Of a stretch of DNA of 64,000 bases, positions 40,653 to 51,961 are shown piece by piece. The notes beneath the pieces were generated by a model. The model made no database searches. It was not told where the DNA came from and saw only the letters and a program-made list of their open reading frames with translations. Position 1 is the stretch's first letter, and each line of letters starts with the position of its first letter. The translations under genes were made by a program, and so were the position numbers. Source of the stretch: an uncultured Chloroflexia bacterium (GTDB lineage Bacteria > Chloroflexota > Limnocylindria > Limnocylindrales > CSP1-4). Where the stretch lies: assembly GCA_963724635.1 (NCBI GenBank), contig CAVRVI010000007.1:73790-137789 (forward strand), in the 5' to 3' direction.

Positions 40653-41596
40653 CAGGCCACCGCCTCCGCGGACACCAGCACCTTGTCTGGCGCCAGGCGC
40701 CCGGTGCCGGCGTCGGTCGCGATGGCGGCAAGCGCGCCGCTGGGCGCGACGAGGCGATACCGCTCGGCACCAACGGTGAACCCGGCCGCCGGCCGCACGA
40801 ACTGTCCCCGGGCGACGGCCGCGATCTCGGCGGTGGTCAACTCGACGGACGGGAAACGGTCCAGACCCTCGTCGAGCGGGTGGAGGAGCGGGACGAGACC
40901 CTCGGGACCACCGGCAGCGGCCGCACGGACGTCGTCGAGCGGGATCGCCTGAGCCTCCGTGAACGTGCCCGCGCCGGTGCGCCGGAGGGCGCCCAGGTAT
41001 GCCGCGCCGCCCAGCCGCTCGCCGAGGTCGCGGGCCAGCGCGCGGATGTAGGTGCCGGCCGAGCAGGTCACGTCGAGGATCGCGATCGGTCGATCGGGCT
41101 CGCTGTCGTCCCACGACACGAGCTCGAGGGCATGGATCGTGACCGCACGCTCCGGGAGCTCGACAGACTCGCCCGCGCGCGCCATCGCGTACGCCCGGCG
41201 GCCGGCGATCTTGATCGCGGAGTAGGCCGGCGGCCGCTGCTGGATCGGGCCGGTGAACGCCGGCAGGGCCGCCTCGAGGTCCGCGCGGGTCGGCGCGGGT
41301 CCCTCAGCGGGCGTCATCTCGCCCTCGAGGTCGTCGGTCGTGGACCAGGCACCGAAGCAGACCGTGGCCCGGTACGCCTTGCGGTCCGTGAGGTGGAACT
41401 CCACGACCCGGGTCGCCTTGCCAAGAAAGACCGGCAGCACGCCCGAGGCGAATGGGTCCAGCGTCCCGCCATGACCGACGCGCTTGGTCGCGGCAAGTCG
41501 CCGGACCAGTCCGACGATGTCGTGCGACGTCGGCCCGATCGGCTTGTCGACGATAAGGATGCCGTCGAGGCCGGGACCCAACGAGGCATGAGCCAT
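40652..41596 (-). CDS. truB: tRNA pseudouridine(55) synthase
   Basis: DKP.G.TSHD, GHGGTLDPFASGVL, PPAYSAIK, CSAGTYIR. Confidence 0.96.
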   Translation of the reverse strand: MAHASLGPGLDGILIVDKPIGPTSHDIVGLVRRLAATKRVGHGGTLDPFASGVLPVFLGKATRVVEFHLTDRKAYRATVCFGAWSTTDDLEGEMTPAEGPAPTRADLEAALPAFTGPIQQRPPAYSAIKIAGRRAYAMARAGESVELPERAVTIHALELVSWDDSEPDRPIAILDVTCSAGTYIRALARDLGERLGGAAYLGALRRTGAGTFTEAQAIPLDDVRAAAAGGPEGLVPLLHPLDEGLDRFPSVELTTAEIAAVARGQFVRPAAGFTVGAERYRLVAPSGALAAIATDAGTGRLAPDKVLVSAEAVA

Positions 41597-41597
41597 G

Positions 41598-42632
41598 TCA
41601 GGTCGTCCCATCGCGGACGACCGCGGCCGCGAGGCGCTGGGCTTCCGCGAGGACGAGTGGGCGCGCTTCCGCCACGGGACGGTCAACGGTAGCGCCGGCG
41701 GCGCGGGCGTGGCCACCGCCACCGAAGGCGCCGGTCAACACGGTTGCGTCCACCCCGCCGGGCTTGGTCCGGACGCTGATCCGTGTCGCAGGACCGGCTT
41801 CCTTGAACAGGATCGAGACCTCGGCGTCGTCCGCCTGGGCGAGCAGGTCGATGATCCCCTCCGAGTGGGCCGGCAGCGTGCCGGTCGCGGAGAGATCCGA
41901 ATCCAGCAGCGTGGACCACACGACGCGGCCGTCGTCCGCGCTCTCGAGGCGGTCGAGGACGCGGCCGAACAGCCGCAGCTGGACCTCCGGCTTGGAACGG
42001 TAGAGCCGCCGCGAGATGTCCGACAACGGCGCCCCGGCGTGGACCAGCGCGGCCGACACCGCCAGCGTCCGTGGGGTGGCGTTCGGATGCGCGAAGGTGG
42101 CCGTGTCCATGACGATCCCGGCCATCAGTGCGGTCGCGAGGTCTACCCCCCGCTCCCCTTCGTAGCCGATCCCCAGACGGCCAGCGACCAGGGCGACCAT
42201 CTCGCACGTGGCAGCAGCTCCCGGATCGATCCAGTCGGCGGCGCCGGCAGCGTCGTTGGAGGCGTGATGGTCGATGACGACGCGCGGCAGCCGCGCGAAC
42301 AGGTCCGAATGGCGCATGCCAACGGCCCCCACGCGCTCAAGGCTGCCGCAGTCCACGATCACGAGCAGGTCGTAATCGACGTTGGGATCGGGGTCCGTGC
42401 GGACGCGTTCGACGCCCGGCAGGAAGTCGTAGAGCGGCGGTACGGGATCCGTGCAGACGGGGTCGGCCGCCCCGCCCAGCGACTCCAGGATGCTGACGAT
42501 GCCGAGCGACGCGCCGAGCGTGTCGGCGTCCGGATTCTCGTGGCTGACGGCGAGTACGCGACGCGCGCCGCGCAGGCGCTCCACGACCGCGTCCGGGACG
42601 GCCGCCAGGAACGGCTCCAGGTCGACCGTCAC
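41598..42632 (-). CDS. nrnA: DHH/DHHA1 nanoRNase / pAp phosphatase NrnA
   Basis: HENPDAD, DC, IDHH, DTATF, GGGH.RAAG. Confidence 0.9.
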   Translation of the reverse strand: MTVDLEPFLAAVPDAVVERLRGARRVLAVSHENPDADTLGASLGIVSILESLGGAADPVCTDPVPPLYDFLPGVERVRTDPDPNVDYDLLVIVDCGSLERVGAVGMRHSDLFARLPRVVIDHHASNDAAGAADWIDPGAAATCEMVALVAGRLGIGYEGERGVDLATALMAGIVMDTATFAHPNATPRTLAVSAALVHAGAPLSDISRRLYRSKPEVQLRLFGRVLDRLESADDGRVVWSTLLDSDLSATGTLPAHSEGIIDLLAQADDAEVSILFKEAGPATRISVRTKPGGVDATVLTGAFGGGGHARAAGATVDRPVAEARPLVLAEAQRLAAAVVRDGTT

Positions 42633-43126
42633 TTGTGCTTGCGGGTGTCGCCGCGCCGGCGCTTCGCCCGAGGCTTCGGCGGGATGACCGCCGACGGCGG
42701 TTCGACGAGGGAGTCGCCCTCGTGATGCAGGCGTGGGACGGGCGTCGGGAGCGTCTCCCCGAGCGGCAGGTCCCCGTCCACCGAGGCGCCCGCCTCCAGC
42801 TCGTTGAGGAGCTGGAGCACGCGCGTGCCGCGCTCGGCGGTGTCATCGAGATGGACGTGCAGGTCCGGGATGCGCCGGATCCGCAGCGACTTGCCGAGCT
42901 CGTGCCGGATGAACGGCATCGCCCGGCCCAGGGCCGCGATCGTCGCGGTCCGTTCGGAAGGCTGCCCGATGACGCTCACCCAGACCTTCGCATGACGCAG
43001 ATCGGACGTGGTTTCGACACGGGTGATCGTCGCGAACCCGACACGCGGATCTGCGACGTCCCTCGTGATGATCGCGCCGATCTCCTCCCGGAGGAGTTGG
43101 TCGACGCGATCCGTCCGCTGGCTCAT
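42629..43126 (-). CDS. rbfA: Ribosome-binding factor A
   Basis: R..RV..LL.EEI, DPR.GF.TIT.V..T.DL..AKV, R.IP.L....D. Confidence 0.95.
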   Translation of the reverse strand: MSQRTDRVDQLLREEIGAIITRDVADPRVGFATITRVETTSDLRHAKVWVSVIGQPSERTATIAALGRAMPFIRHELGKSLRIRRIPDLHVHLDDTAERGTRVLQLLNELEAGASVDGDLPLGETLPTPVPRLHHEGDSLVEPPSAVIPPKPRAKRRRGDTRKHK

Positions 43127-43166
43127 GGCCCGGCCGCCGGGCCGCACGGCCGTCCGGACATCGGGG

Positions 43167-45075
43167 CTAGGCGCTGACGACGCGCGACACCGTCTGCGAG
43201 ACGAAGCATTCGATGACGTCGCCCTCTTCCAGGTCGTGGAAGTTGGCGAGTCCGATGCCGCACTCGTAGTTGGTCTGGACCTCGCGCACGTCGTCGCGGA
43301 AGCGGCGCAGCGACTCGATCCGGTCCGTCGCGATGATCCGACCGCCACGCCAGATGCGCGCGCCACCGCGGACGATGCGCCCATCGGTGACATACGAGCC
43401 GGCGATGACCGTGTTCTTGCCGACGCGGATGACCTGGCGGACCTCGGCGCGACCTTCCACGACCTCGACGATCTCCGGCTCGAGCAGGCCGCTGAGGGCC
43501 GCCTCGATGTCGTCGGTCAGCTTGTAGATGATGTCGTAGAGGCGGACGTCGACCCCTTCGGCCTCGGCGGCGCGACGAGCGGTGTCGGTGATCTTCGTGC
43601 TGAAGCCCACGACGATCGCGTCCGACGCGGTCGCGAGCATGATGTCGTTGTCCGTGATGTCGCCCGCCGCCTCGTGGAGGATGTTGATCCGGACCTCGTC
43701 CTGGTCCAGCTGCTCCAGGGCGTGGGTGATGGCACCCAGCGAACCGGACACGTCCGCCTTGAGGATGATCCGCAGCTCCTTGGCCTGGCCGGCCTGGATC
43801 TGACGGTAGAGGTCCTCGAGCGTCGCCCGACCGCTCCCGTCGCCACTCTTGGCGGCGGTCTCGGCCTTGCGCAGCTCCACGCTGGCACGAGCGGCCTTGT
43901 CGTCGGCCACGACGCGCAGGATGTCGCCGGCCTCGGGCACGTCGGACAGGCCGAGGACCACGACGGCACTCGACGGGCCCGACCTGCTTGACGCGCTTGC
44001 CGCGGTCGTTCTCCAGCGCGCGGACGCGCCCGAAGGTCTCGCCGACCACGATGATGTCGCCGACCTTGAGGGTGCCGGTCTGGACGAGCGCGGTGGCCAC
44101 CGGGCCCCGGTTCTTGTCCAGCTGCGCCTCGACGATCGTGCCGATGGCGTCGCGGTCCGGGTTCGCCTTGAGCTCCTGGAGGTCCGCGACGAGCAGGATC
44201 ATCTCGATCAGCTCATCGAGGCCGACCCGGCTCTTGGCGGAGACCGCGACGAGCGGCACGTCGCCGCCGTACTCCTCGATGACGATGCCGGCTTCGGTCA
44301 GCTCGGTCTTGACCCGGGTCGGGTCCGCATCGGGCTTGTCGATCTTGTTGAGCGCGATGATGATCGGGACCTTGGCCGCCTTCGCGTGGGCGATGGCTTC
44401 CAGGGTCTGGGGCATGACGCCGTCGTCGGCCGCGACGACGATGATCGCGATGTCCGTGACGCGCGCGCCACGGGCACGCATGGCGGTGAACGCCTCGTGA
44501 CCCGGCGTGTCGAGGAAGACGACCCGCTTGCCGTCGCGCTCGACCTCGCTCGCGCCGATGTGCTGGGTGATGCCACCACGCTCGCCGGCCGCGACCTCGG
44601 TGGAGCGCAGGGCGTCGAGCAGGCTCGTCTTGCCGTGGTCGACGTGGCCCATGACGGTCACGATCGGCGCGCGCGGCTGCAGCTTGGCGGAGTCGTCCTC
44701 CTCGTAGAGGACCTCCTTCGTCGCCTCGGCAGCGGGGCTCTCCGCCTCGCCATCGGCGACGCCGCCACCCGGCGAGGCCGCGATGGTCTCGGCCACTTCG
44801 TAGCCGAGCTCGGACGCGACGAGGGACGCGGTGTCGCGGTCGATCAGCTGGTTGATGGTCGCGAAGATCCCGCTCTTGATGAGCTCACGGATGATGTCGG
44901 CGACGTTGACCGCCAGCAGATCCGCGAGTTCCTTGACGGTGATCGTGCCGGGCAGCTCGATCGCGCCACGCTCGCGCGGGTCGATCGTCTGCACCTGGGC
45001 GCCGAATGCGCCGTCGCGACGCGGCGGCTTGCGGGGCCCGCGACGGCCGCGGGTGCCGCTCCTACTCCTGGCCAC
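43167..45075 (-). CDS. infB: Translation initiation factor IF-2, frameshift near 43975
   Basis: [30 protein letters not shown]; C-terminal SLRRF.DDVREV....ECG. Confidence 0.96.
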
Positions 45076-45349
45076 GGGCTCCTCCTTCGATGATGTCGTG
45101 GTTCGTATCCGGCCCGAGGGGGATGCTCGCGAGGAGCGCCGTCGGAACGGGGGTCTCGAGCGCCCGACTCAGGGCGCTCCTGGTATTGGCGATGGTCAGG
45201 CAGCTGGCCGTCCGGCACACGTAGGCGCCGCGACCAGCCAGCCGGCCGGTGTCGTCGAGGACGATCCGGCCATCCGGCGTCCGGACGATCCGGACGAGGT
45301 CTCGCTTGGGTCTGGCGGTCCGGCACGCCACGCAGGTGCGCGTCGGCAC
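45062..45349 (-). CDS. ylxR: YlxR (RnpM) family protein
   Basis: P.RTCVACR...PK..L.RIV...GRGAY.C. Confidence 0.9.
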   Translation of the reverse strand: MPTRTCVACRTARPKRDLVRIVRTPDGRIVLDDTGRLAGRGAYVCRTASCLTIANTRSALSRALETPVPTALLASIPLGPDTNHDIIEGGARGQE

Positions 45350-45396
45350 ACGGGGCGCCTGCGCGTCCCGCCCGGTCGCCGCATGGGCAGCCGCGG

Positions 45397-46764
45397 CTAC
45401 GACGCCACCTCTTCGGTGACGGCGGCGACCTTCTCGGCCTCGGCGGCCGCGGCCGCCTTCTTGGTGATGCGCTTCGGCTTGGCGGCGGGGGCTTCGACCG
45501 GGGCGGCAACCGACTCGACGGCCGGCGCCGCTGCTGCGGCTTCGGCAGCGGCAGCCTCGGCGGCCGCCTTCTTGGTGACGCGCTTGGGCTTGACGGCGGG
45601 TGCTTCGACCGGCGCCGCGGCCGTCTCGGCGGCGGCCGGTGCCTCGGCGGCAGCGGCTTCGGCGGCGACCACTGCTGTGGCCTCGGGCTCGGCTTCGCCC
45701 GCTTCCGGCTCCGCGGCGGCCTTGGCCTCCGCGACGGACACGTCGCTGCGGATGTCGATCCGCCAGCCGGTCAGGCGCGCCGCGAGTCGGGCGTTCTGCC
45801 CCTCCCGGCCGATGGCCAGCGAGAGCATCCGCTCGGGGACGGTGACGCTGGCGATGCGGTGTTCCTCATCGATGTCGACGGAGATCACCTGGGCTGGGCT
45901 CAGCGCGTTGGCCACGAAGACACCGGGGTCGTCGCTCCATGGGATGACGTCGATCTTCTCGCCGGCGAGCTCGGCGACCACGGCCTGGACGCGAGCGCCG
46001 CGCTGGCCGACGGTCGCCCCGACCGGATCGAGCCCCTCCTGGCGCGACGAGACGGCGACCTTGGATCGGCTGCCGGCCTCGCGGGCGATGGCCTTGATCT
46101 CGACCGTGCCGCTGTGGATCTCCGGCACCTCCAGCTCGAACAGGCGGCGGAGGAAGCCCTTGTGCGTCCGGCTCACGAAGATCTGCGGACCGCGGACGGA
46201 GCGACGGACCTCCAGCACGAACGCCTTGACGTTCTGCCCGATCCGGTAGTGCTCCAGCGAGCTCTGCTCCGTCGTTGCGAGGATGGCCTCCACGTTCTTG
46301 CCGACATCGAGGATGATCGCGCGCGGCTCGACCCGGTTGACGGTGCCCGTGATGAGCTCGCCCTCGCGGTTCGCGAACTGGTCGAAGACCTGGTCGCGCT
46401 CCACTTCGCGGATGCGCTGGAGGACGATCTGCTTGGCGGTCTGGGCGCCGATCCGGCCGAAGACATCGCCATCGAGCTGCTCGGTCTCCACGAGGTCGCC
46501 GACCTTCGCCTCGGGATCGTGGGTCCGCGCCTCATCGACCGTGATCTGGGTCAGCTCGTCCTCGATCTCGTCGACGACCAGGCGGGCGCGAAACACGCGG
46601 ATGCGACCGGACTCGGCGTCGATGCGGACGTGGATGTCCTCGTCACCGGCGACCCGCCGGTAAGCGGACTGGATCCCGTCCTCGACGGCTCCGATCAGCT
46701 GCTCGCGTGAGACCTGCTTCTCGGCGTTGAGCTGCAGGAGGGCGCCCACGAAGTCTCGACTCAT
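45397..46764 (-). CDS. nusA: Transcription termination factor NusA
   Basis: FGRI.AQTAKQ, LFELEVPEI, AREAG.RSKVAV, SLAIGREGQNARLAARLTGW. Confidence 0.96.
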   Translation of the reverse strand: MSRDFVGALLQLNAEKQVSREQLIGAVEDGIQSAYRRVAGDEDIHVRIDAESGRIRVFRARLVVDEIEDELTQITVDEARTHDPEAKVGDLVETEQLDGDVFGRIGAQTAKQIVLQRIREVERDQVFDQFANREGELITGTVNRVEPRAIILDVGKNVEAILATTEQSSLEHYRIGQNVKAFVLEVRRSVRGPQIFVSRTHKGFLRRLFELEVPEIHSGTVEIKAIAREAGSRSKVAVSSRQEGLDPVGATVGQRGARVQAVVAELAGEKIDVIPWSDDPGVFVANALSPAQVISVDIDEEHRIASVTVPERMLSLAIGREGQNARLAARLTGWRIDIRSDVSVAEAKAAAEPEAGEAEPEATAVVAAEAAAAEAPAAAETAAAPVEAPAVKPKRVTKKAAAEAAAAEAAAAAPAVESVAAPVEAPAAKPKRITKKAAAAAEAEKVAAVTEEVAS

Positions 46765-46800
46765 GATCGCCTCCATCCAGTGTCCAACGGTCGACGAACC

Positions 46801-46866
46801 GCCGCTCAAAAAGAAACGTGGGGGTCACCCACGTCACGGAGCGGCCGTTCAGTTGTGGGGAGTATA
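46801..46866 (-). promoter_or_regulatory. nusA operon promoter (-10 TATACT) and rimP-type leader hairpin/terminator
   Basis: ACGTGGG-5nt-CCCACGT followed by TTCTTTTT, flanked by GCCGCTC/GAGCGGC; -10 at 46866-46861. Confidence 0.75.
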
Positions 46867-46945
46867 CACCCGGAGGGGTGGACGGCCAACCGGCGCCGGC
46901 CCCCTCCGACGCTGCGACCCGGCCCGATGCTAGGCTCGGGCCATC

Positions 46946-47258
46946 ATGCCCTGGCACCCGACGACCCTGCCACCCGACGCCGCCGACCGCGGTCGCCCAT
47001 GGCCCGTCGAGGTGGCGGGGATGACCCTCGTCCTTGCGTTGGTCGAGGGACGCTGGTATGCCGTCGAGGATCGCTGCAGCCACGCCGGCTGCGCGTTCTC
47101 GGAGGATGGCGCGATCGACGGGCGGGCACGTGATCTGCGATTGCCACGGCTCCGAGTTCGACCTCCGGACCGGGGCGGTCGTGCGCCCGCCGGCCGTCGT
47201 CCCGATCGCCACATTCTCCGTCCGGATCGCCGACGGTCGGGTGGAGGTCGAGGTGTGA
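46946..47258 (+). CDS. Rieske-type [2Fe-2S] ferredoxin, frameshift near 47125
   Basis: DRCSHAG ... ICDCHGSEFDLRTG...PPA. Confidence 0.88.
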
Positions 47259-48437
47259 TCGACCTCGACGGCGTGACGGTCGAGGCACTGGAGCGCGACC
47301 CGTACCCGATCTACGCGGCCCTGCGGGCGGACGCGCCCGTCGCCTACCTGCCGTGCCTGGACGTCTGGATGATCACCCGGTGGGCCGACGTCGAGGCCGC
47401 CTGCATGGACCCCGCCGCGTTCCCGGCACACGTCGAGCACTCCCCGACGGACCGGGCCCTGGGCGGCGTCTCGATGATGACCACGGACGGTGATCCGGCC
47501 AAGCGGCGCCGACGTCCGTTCGATCCCACCCTGCGCCCGCGGACCGTCGAGGCGCGCATGCCCGAGATCGTCGAGCGGCTCTGCCGCGAGCGGCTCGACG
47601 CGATCGAACGCGCGGGAGCTCGCCGAGCTCCTCGCCGACTACTTCGAGCCCGTCTCGGTCCTGTCACTCGCCCACGCGATGGGCATCGCCGACCTGGTGG
47701 ACGCGCCGACCCTCATCGACTGGTTCGCCGGCCTGGCCGCCGGGGTCTCCAACTACGAGGACGACCCGGCCAAGACCGCGGCCTGCGACGCGGTATCGAA
47801 CGACATCGATGCCGTGTGCATCCCGCGCTTCGCGGAGCGCCTGGCGACCCCCGCCGACGATCTGATCTCCGATCTCGTCGGGGCGACGGACGGTCCCCTC
47901 GACGACCGACTCGCGTTCGCGATGCCGTCCTTCAAGCTCGTGCTTCTGGGCGGTTTGCAGGAACCGGCCCATGGCGGCGCGACGATCGCGCACTGCCTGC
48001 TCCGCCACCCCGACCAGCTGGCGGCGGTTCGCGCCGACGCGTCGCTCGTCCCGGTCGCGGTCGAGGAAGGGCTGCGTTGGACCGCACCGATCGGGAACCT
48101 GCTGCGCGGCGTGGCACCCGGCACGACCCTGTCCGGTATGGCATTCCCACCCGAAGCGCGGGCGATCCTCGTCGTGTCGTCGGCCAATCGCGACGAGGCC
48201 GTCTGGGGCCCCACCGCGGACGTGTTCGATATCGCCCGGCCTCGGCAGGCGCACCTGTCATTCGCGACCGGGCCGCACTACTGCATCGGCCACCACTTCG
48301 CGAAGGTCCAGCTCCGGATCGCGATCTCGATGCTGCTCGAGCGCTTCCCTGCCCTGCGGCTGGATCCCGACCACGAGACCGTCTATCGCGGCCACGAATA
48401 CCGCTCGCCGAAGGCGCTCCGGGTGCTGGTGGACTAG
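47255..48437 (+). CDS. Cytochrome P450 (CYP255/GcoA-like), frameshift near 47620
   Basis: DPYPIYA.LR, I-helix [33 protein letters not shown]. Confidence 0.9.
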
Positions 48438-49678
48438 GCGGGGACGGCCGGCGTCGGGTAGCGGTGGGCGACGTAGTCCTCGAGGATCCCGATGAATTCG
48501 GCGACCAGACCGTCGCCCCGCAGCGTCCGGTCGAGCTTGCCGTCGATGAAGACCGGAGCCACCGGCTCCTCGAAGGTGCCCGGCAGGGAGATGCCGATGT
48601 CCGCGTGCTTGGATTCGCCCGGGCCGTTGACGACACAGCCCATGACCGCGACGCGCAGCTCCTCGGCGCCCGGATGGGTCTCGCGCCAGATCGGCATCTG
48701 GTCCTTGAGGTACGTCTGGATCTGCTGGGCCATCTCCTGGAAGAACGTGCTGGTCGTCCGGCCACAGCCGGGGCAGGCCGAGACCTGCGGCAGGAACGAG
48801 CGCAACCCCATCGACTGGAGGACCTGCTGGGCGATCTCCACCTCGCGCTCGCGCGGCGCGCCGGGCTCCGGGGTCAGGGATACCCGGATCGTGTCGCCGA
48901 TGCCCTCGTTGAGCAGGATCGCCAACCCCGCCGTGGAGGCGATGACGCCCTTGTCCCCCATCCCCGCCTCGGTGAGGCCCAGGTGCAACGGGTAGTCGCA
49001 GCGCGCGGCGAGCAGCCGATAGACGTCGACCAGGTCGCGGACGCCGCTCACCTTGGCGCTGATGATGATCCGGTCGTGACCCAGACCGGTCTCCTCGGCG
49101 AGGTCCGCCGATCGCAGCGCCGACTGGAGCATGGCCTCGATCATCACGTCGCGAGCGTCGCGCGGGGCCGACAGGGCGGCGTTGGCGTCCATGAGCTCGG
49201 TCAGGATCGCCTGGTCCAGGGAGCCCCAGTTGACGCCGATCCGGACGGGCTTGTCGTTGTCGATGGCGACCTTGACGATCGTCGCGAAGTGCTCGTCGTG
49301 CCGTTTGGCCCCGACGTTGCCCGGGTTGATCCGGTACTTCGCGAGTGCCGCGGCGGCCTCCGGATACTCGGTCAGGAGCTTGTGGCCGTTGTAGTGGAAG
49401 TCCCCGACGATCGGCACGTCCACGCCCAGGCCGCGCACCTTGCGGACCATCTCCGGCACGGCAGCGGCCGCCTCCTCGGTGTTGACCGTGACCCGTACGA
49501 GCTGGGAGCCCGCGTGGGCGAGCCGGGCGACCTGGATCGCCGTCGAATCGGCGTCGGCGGTGTCCGTGTTCGTCATCGACTGGACGACGACGGGGTGGGC
49601 GCTCCCCACGAGCACGCCGCCCACATCCACCGACACGGACGGCCGGCGGCGAGGCCGGAGCTGGTCTGGCGAGGCCAT
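48434..49678 (-). CDS. ispG: HMBPP synthase IspG
   Basis: [48 protein letters not shown]. Confidence 0.97.
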   Translation of the reverse strand: MASPDQLRPRRRPSVSVDVGGVLVGSAHPVVVQSMTNTDTADADSTAIQVARLAHAGSQLVRVTVNTEEAAAAVPEMVRKVRGLGVDVPIVGDFHYNGHKLLTEYPEAAAALAKYRINPGNVGAKRHDEHFATIVKVAIDNDKPVRIGVNWGSLDQAILTELMDANAALSAPRDARDVMIEAMLQSALRSADLAEETGLGHDRIIISAKVSGVRDLVDVYRLLAARCDYPLHLGLTEAGMGDKGVIASTAGLAILLNEGIGDTIRVSLTPEPGAPREREVEIAQQVLQSMGLRSFLPQVSACPGCGRTTSTFFQEMAQQIQTYLKDQMPIWRETHPGAEELRVAVMGCVVNGPGESKHADIGISLPGTFEEPVAPVFIDGKLDRTLRGDGLVAEFIGILEDYVAHRYPTPAVPA

Positions 49679-49685
49679 GGGCGGG

Positions 49686-50783
49686 TTACGTGCCGCCGGA
49701 GAGGCCGCGCACGATGTCGAACCCGGTGACCCAGATCAGGAAGGCGAACAGGAATACGAACCCGACCATGTAGGTCAGCTGCTCGGCGCGCAGGCTGATC
49801 CGGGCGCCGAACAGGCGCTTGAGCGTGATCATCAGCATCCGGCCGCCATCGAGCGGCGGGAACGGGAGGATGTTCACCACCGCGAGATTGGCCGACAGGA
49901 TCGCCGCGACGTAGAGCGTGAAGACCGGACCGAGCTGCCAGAACACGTCACCGATCTGGGTGGCGATGCCGACCGGACCCGCGACCGGCGGCGCCTGGGT
50001 CGGGTCCTCGACGACCGACGCAACGAGGCTCGCGAGGCCCGTCACGATCAGTCCGAGGGCGTCTACCGTGCGTTGCGCCCCGATCCGGACCGCCTCGCCC
50101 GGCGGGTAGTCGATGGTGACACCGGTCGTGACCCCGGACATGTTCGCGACCCCGAGGGCGCCCTCCTTGCGGTCGATGGCGGCCTGATCACGAAGCGTGG
50201 CCGTGACGGTCGTGGCCGTCCCGTCCGCCCGCTCCACACCGATCTGGATGGTCTCGCCGGCGTGCGTCTGCAGGACATCCACCAGATGCTCGTCATCGAA
50301 CGCGCTGAAGTAGCCACCCTCGATGCTCACGAGCGTATCGCCCGCGACGAGGCCGGCCGCCGCGGCCGGCGACCCCGGCTGGACCGTACCGATCTTGACC
50401 CCGAGCGTGGGGTCGCCCATGAACGCGATCGCGGTGAAGATCACGAACGCGAGCAGGATGTTCATCGCGACGCCCGCGAAGAGGATGACCATCTTGGTCA
50501 GCCAGCGCTGGGCCGCGAACGACCGCGGATCATCCGCTCCGTCGCCGTCCTCGCCCTCGAGCTTCACGAACCCGCCGATCGGCAGCCAGTTGAGCGTGTA
50601 GAGGGTCTCGCCCTTGTTGCGCAGGACCTTCGCGCGGGGCGGGAAGCCGACCCCGAACTCCAGCACGCGGACGTTCGCGAGCCGAGCGGTCAGGAAGTGC
50701 CCGAGCTCGTGGATGACCACGAGCGCGCCCAGGATGAAGATGAACAGGACGATCGTGATGATCGACTGGAAGAACCCGGTCAT
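49686..50783 (-). CDS. rseP: RseP-like M50 site-2 protease with PDZ domain
   Basis: HELGH, PIGGFV, GPVGI, N.LP.P.LDGG. Confidence 0.93.
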   Translation of the reverse strand: MTGFFQSIITIVLFIFILGALVVIHELGHFLTARLANVRVLEFGVGFPPRAKVLRNKGETLYTLNWLPIGGFVKLEGEDGDGADDPRSFAAQRWLTKMVILFAGVAMNILLAFVIFTAIAFMGDPTLGVKIGTVQPGSPAAAAGLVAGDTLVSIEGGYFSAFDDEHLVDVLQTHAGETIQIGVERADGTATTVTATLRDQAAIDRKEGALGVANMSGVTTGVTIDYPPGEAVRIGAQRTVDALGLIVTGLASLVASVVEDPTQAPPVAGPVGIATQIGDVFWQLGPVFTLYVAAILSANLAVVNILPFPPLDGGRMLMITLKRLFGARISLRAEQLTYMVGFVFLFAFLIWVTGFDIVRGLSGGT

Positions 50784-51961
50784 GCGTATCCCCCGAACGT
50801 GCCGGTCGCGAACGTGGCCCGGACCTCGGCATCGAGCGCGACGAGGTCGTCCAGGCCCGGACCTGGATCGTCACTCCCACCGCCGAAGCGCTCCACGGCC
50901 GCCTCGAGCAGACGGGCGATGCCCGGGAAGTCGAGCGTGCCGTCGAGGAACCGTGCCACCGCGACGTCGTCGGCGGCGATCAAGGCCGCCGAGGCGCGTG
51001 GACCATGGCGGCCGGCCTCGCGGGCGATGCGCAACGCCGGGAACCGGGTCTCGTCGGGCGCGCGGAAGTCGAGGCGCGCCGCGGCGATGAGATCGGGGGC
51101 GGCGGCCGGTGACGGCCGGCGGTCGGGATAGGTCATGGCGTATTGGATCGGGAGTCGCATATCCGGGGTGCCCAGCTGGGCCTTGAGGGAGCCGTCGACG
51201 AAGCGGACGGCGGAATGGACGACGCTCTGCGGGTGGATGACGACCTCGATGGCGTCGTAGTCGACATCGTACAGCCAGTGCGCCTCGATGACCTCCAGGC
51301 CCTTGTTGGCGAGCGTGGCGGAGTCGATGGTGATCTTCGCGCCCATCGTCCAGGTGGGGTGCTTGAGGGCCTGTTCCGGCGTGACCGTGGCGATCTCGTC
51401 AGCCGTGGCATCCAGGAACGGACCACCCGATGCGGTGAGCACGAGCGCCGCGACCGTCGCCATGGATTCGCCGACGAGGCATTGCCAGATGGCCGAGTGC
51501 TCCGAATCGATGGGGCGCAACCAGGCGAGCGGGCTCGCGAACGGGTCGGTCGGGTTCGTGGCGGCGGTCGTGGCGGCCAGCCGGCGTGCTTCCGGCATCA
51601 CGAGGTGACCCCCCGCGACGAGTGTCTCCTTGTTGGCCGTCGCGACGACCTTGCCGGCGCCGAGCGCGGCCAGCACCGAGCGCAGGCTCACGACGCCGCC
51701 TGTTCCGATGACGACGAGGTCGACGTCGTCGCGGGTCACGAGCTCGACGAGACCCTCGTCCGAGGCGCCCAGCGCCGTGATCGGATCCCCAAGCCGGGCG
51801 GCCTGCTCGGCCAGCAGCTCGCCGTTGCGTCCCGTCGCGAGGGCCACGACGCGGAACAGGTCGGGGTGAGCGGCCAGGACATGGACCGTCTGGCGTCCGA
51901 TGGACCCGGTGGATCCCAGCAGCGCGACGCCGCGCGGCTCAGCCGAGGATGGCGACGACAT
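50780..51961 (-). CDS. dxr: 1-deoxy-D-xylulose-5-phosphate reductoisomerase
   Basis: LLGSTGSIG, ANKE, PIDSEHSA, TASGGPF, HPTW.MG.KITIDSAT. Confidence 0.96.
   Translation of the reverse strand: MSSPSSAEPRGVALLGSTGSIGRQTVHVLAAHPDLFRVVALATGRNGELLAEQAARLGDPITALGASDEGLVELVTRDDVDLVVIGTGGVVSLRSVLAALGAGKVVATANKETLVAGGHLVMPEARRLAATTAATNPTDPFASPLAWLRPIDSEHSAIWQCLVGESMATVAALVLTASGGPFLDATADEIATVTPEQALKHPTWTMGAKITIDSATLANKGLEVIEAHWLYDVDYDAIEVVIHPQSVVHSAVRFVDGSLKAQLGTPDMRLPIQYAMTYPDRRPSPAAAPDLIAAARLDFRAPDETRFPALRIAREAGRHGPRASAALIAADDVAVARFLDGTLDFPGIARLLEAAVERFGGGSDDPGPGLDDLVALDAEVRATFATGTFGGYA

Noticed and set aside
46946-49729. 927-aa ORF starting with the Rieske motif
   Set aside because: It goes out of frame after the first Rieske half and then runs antisense to ispG; a high-GC shadow ORF.
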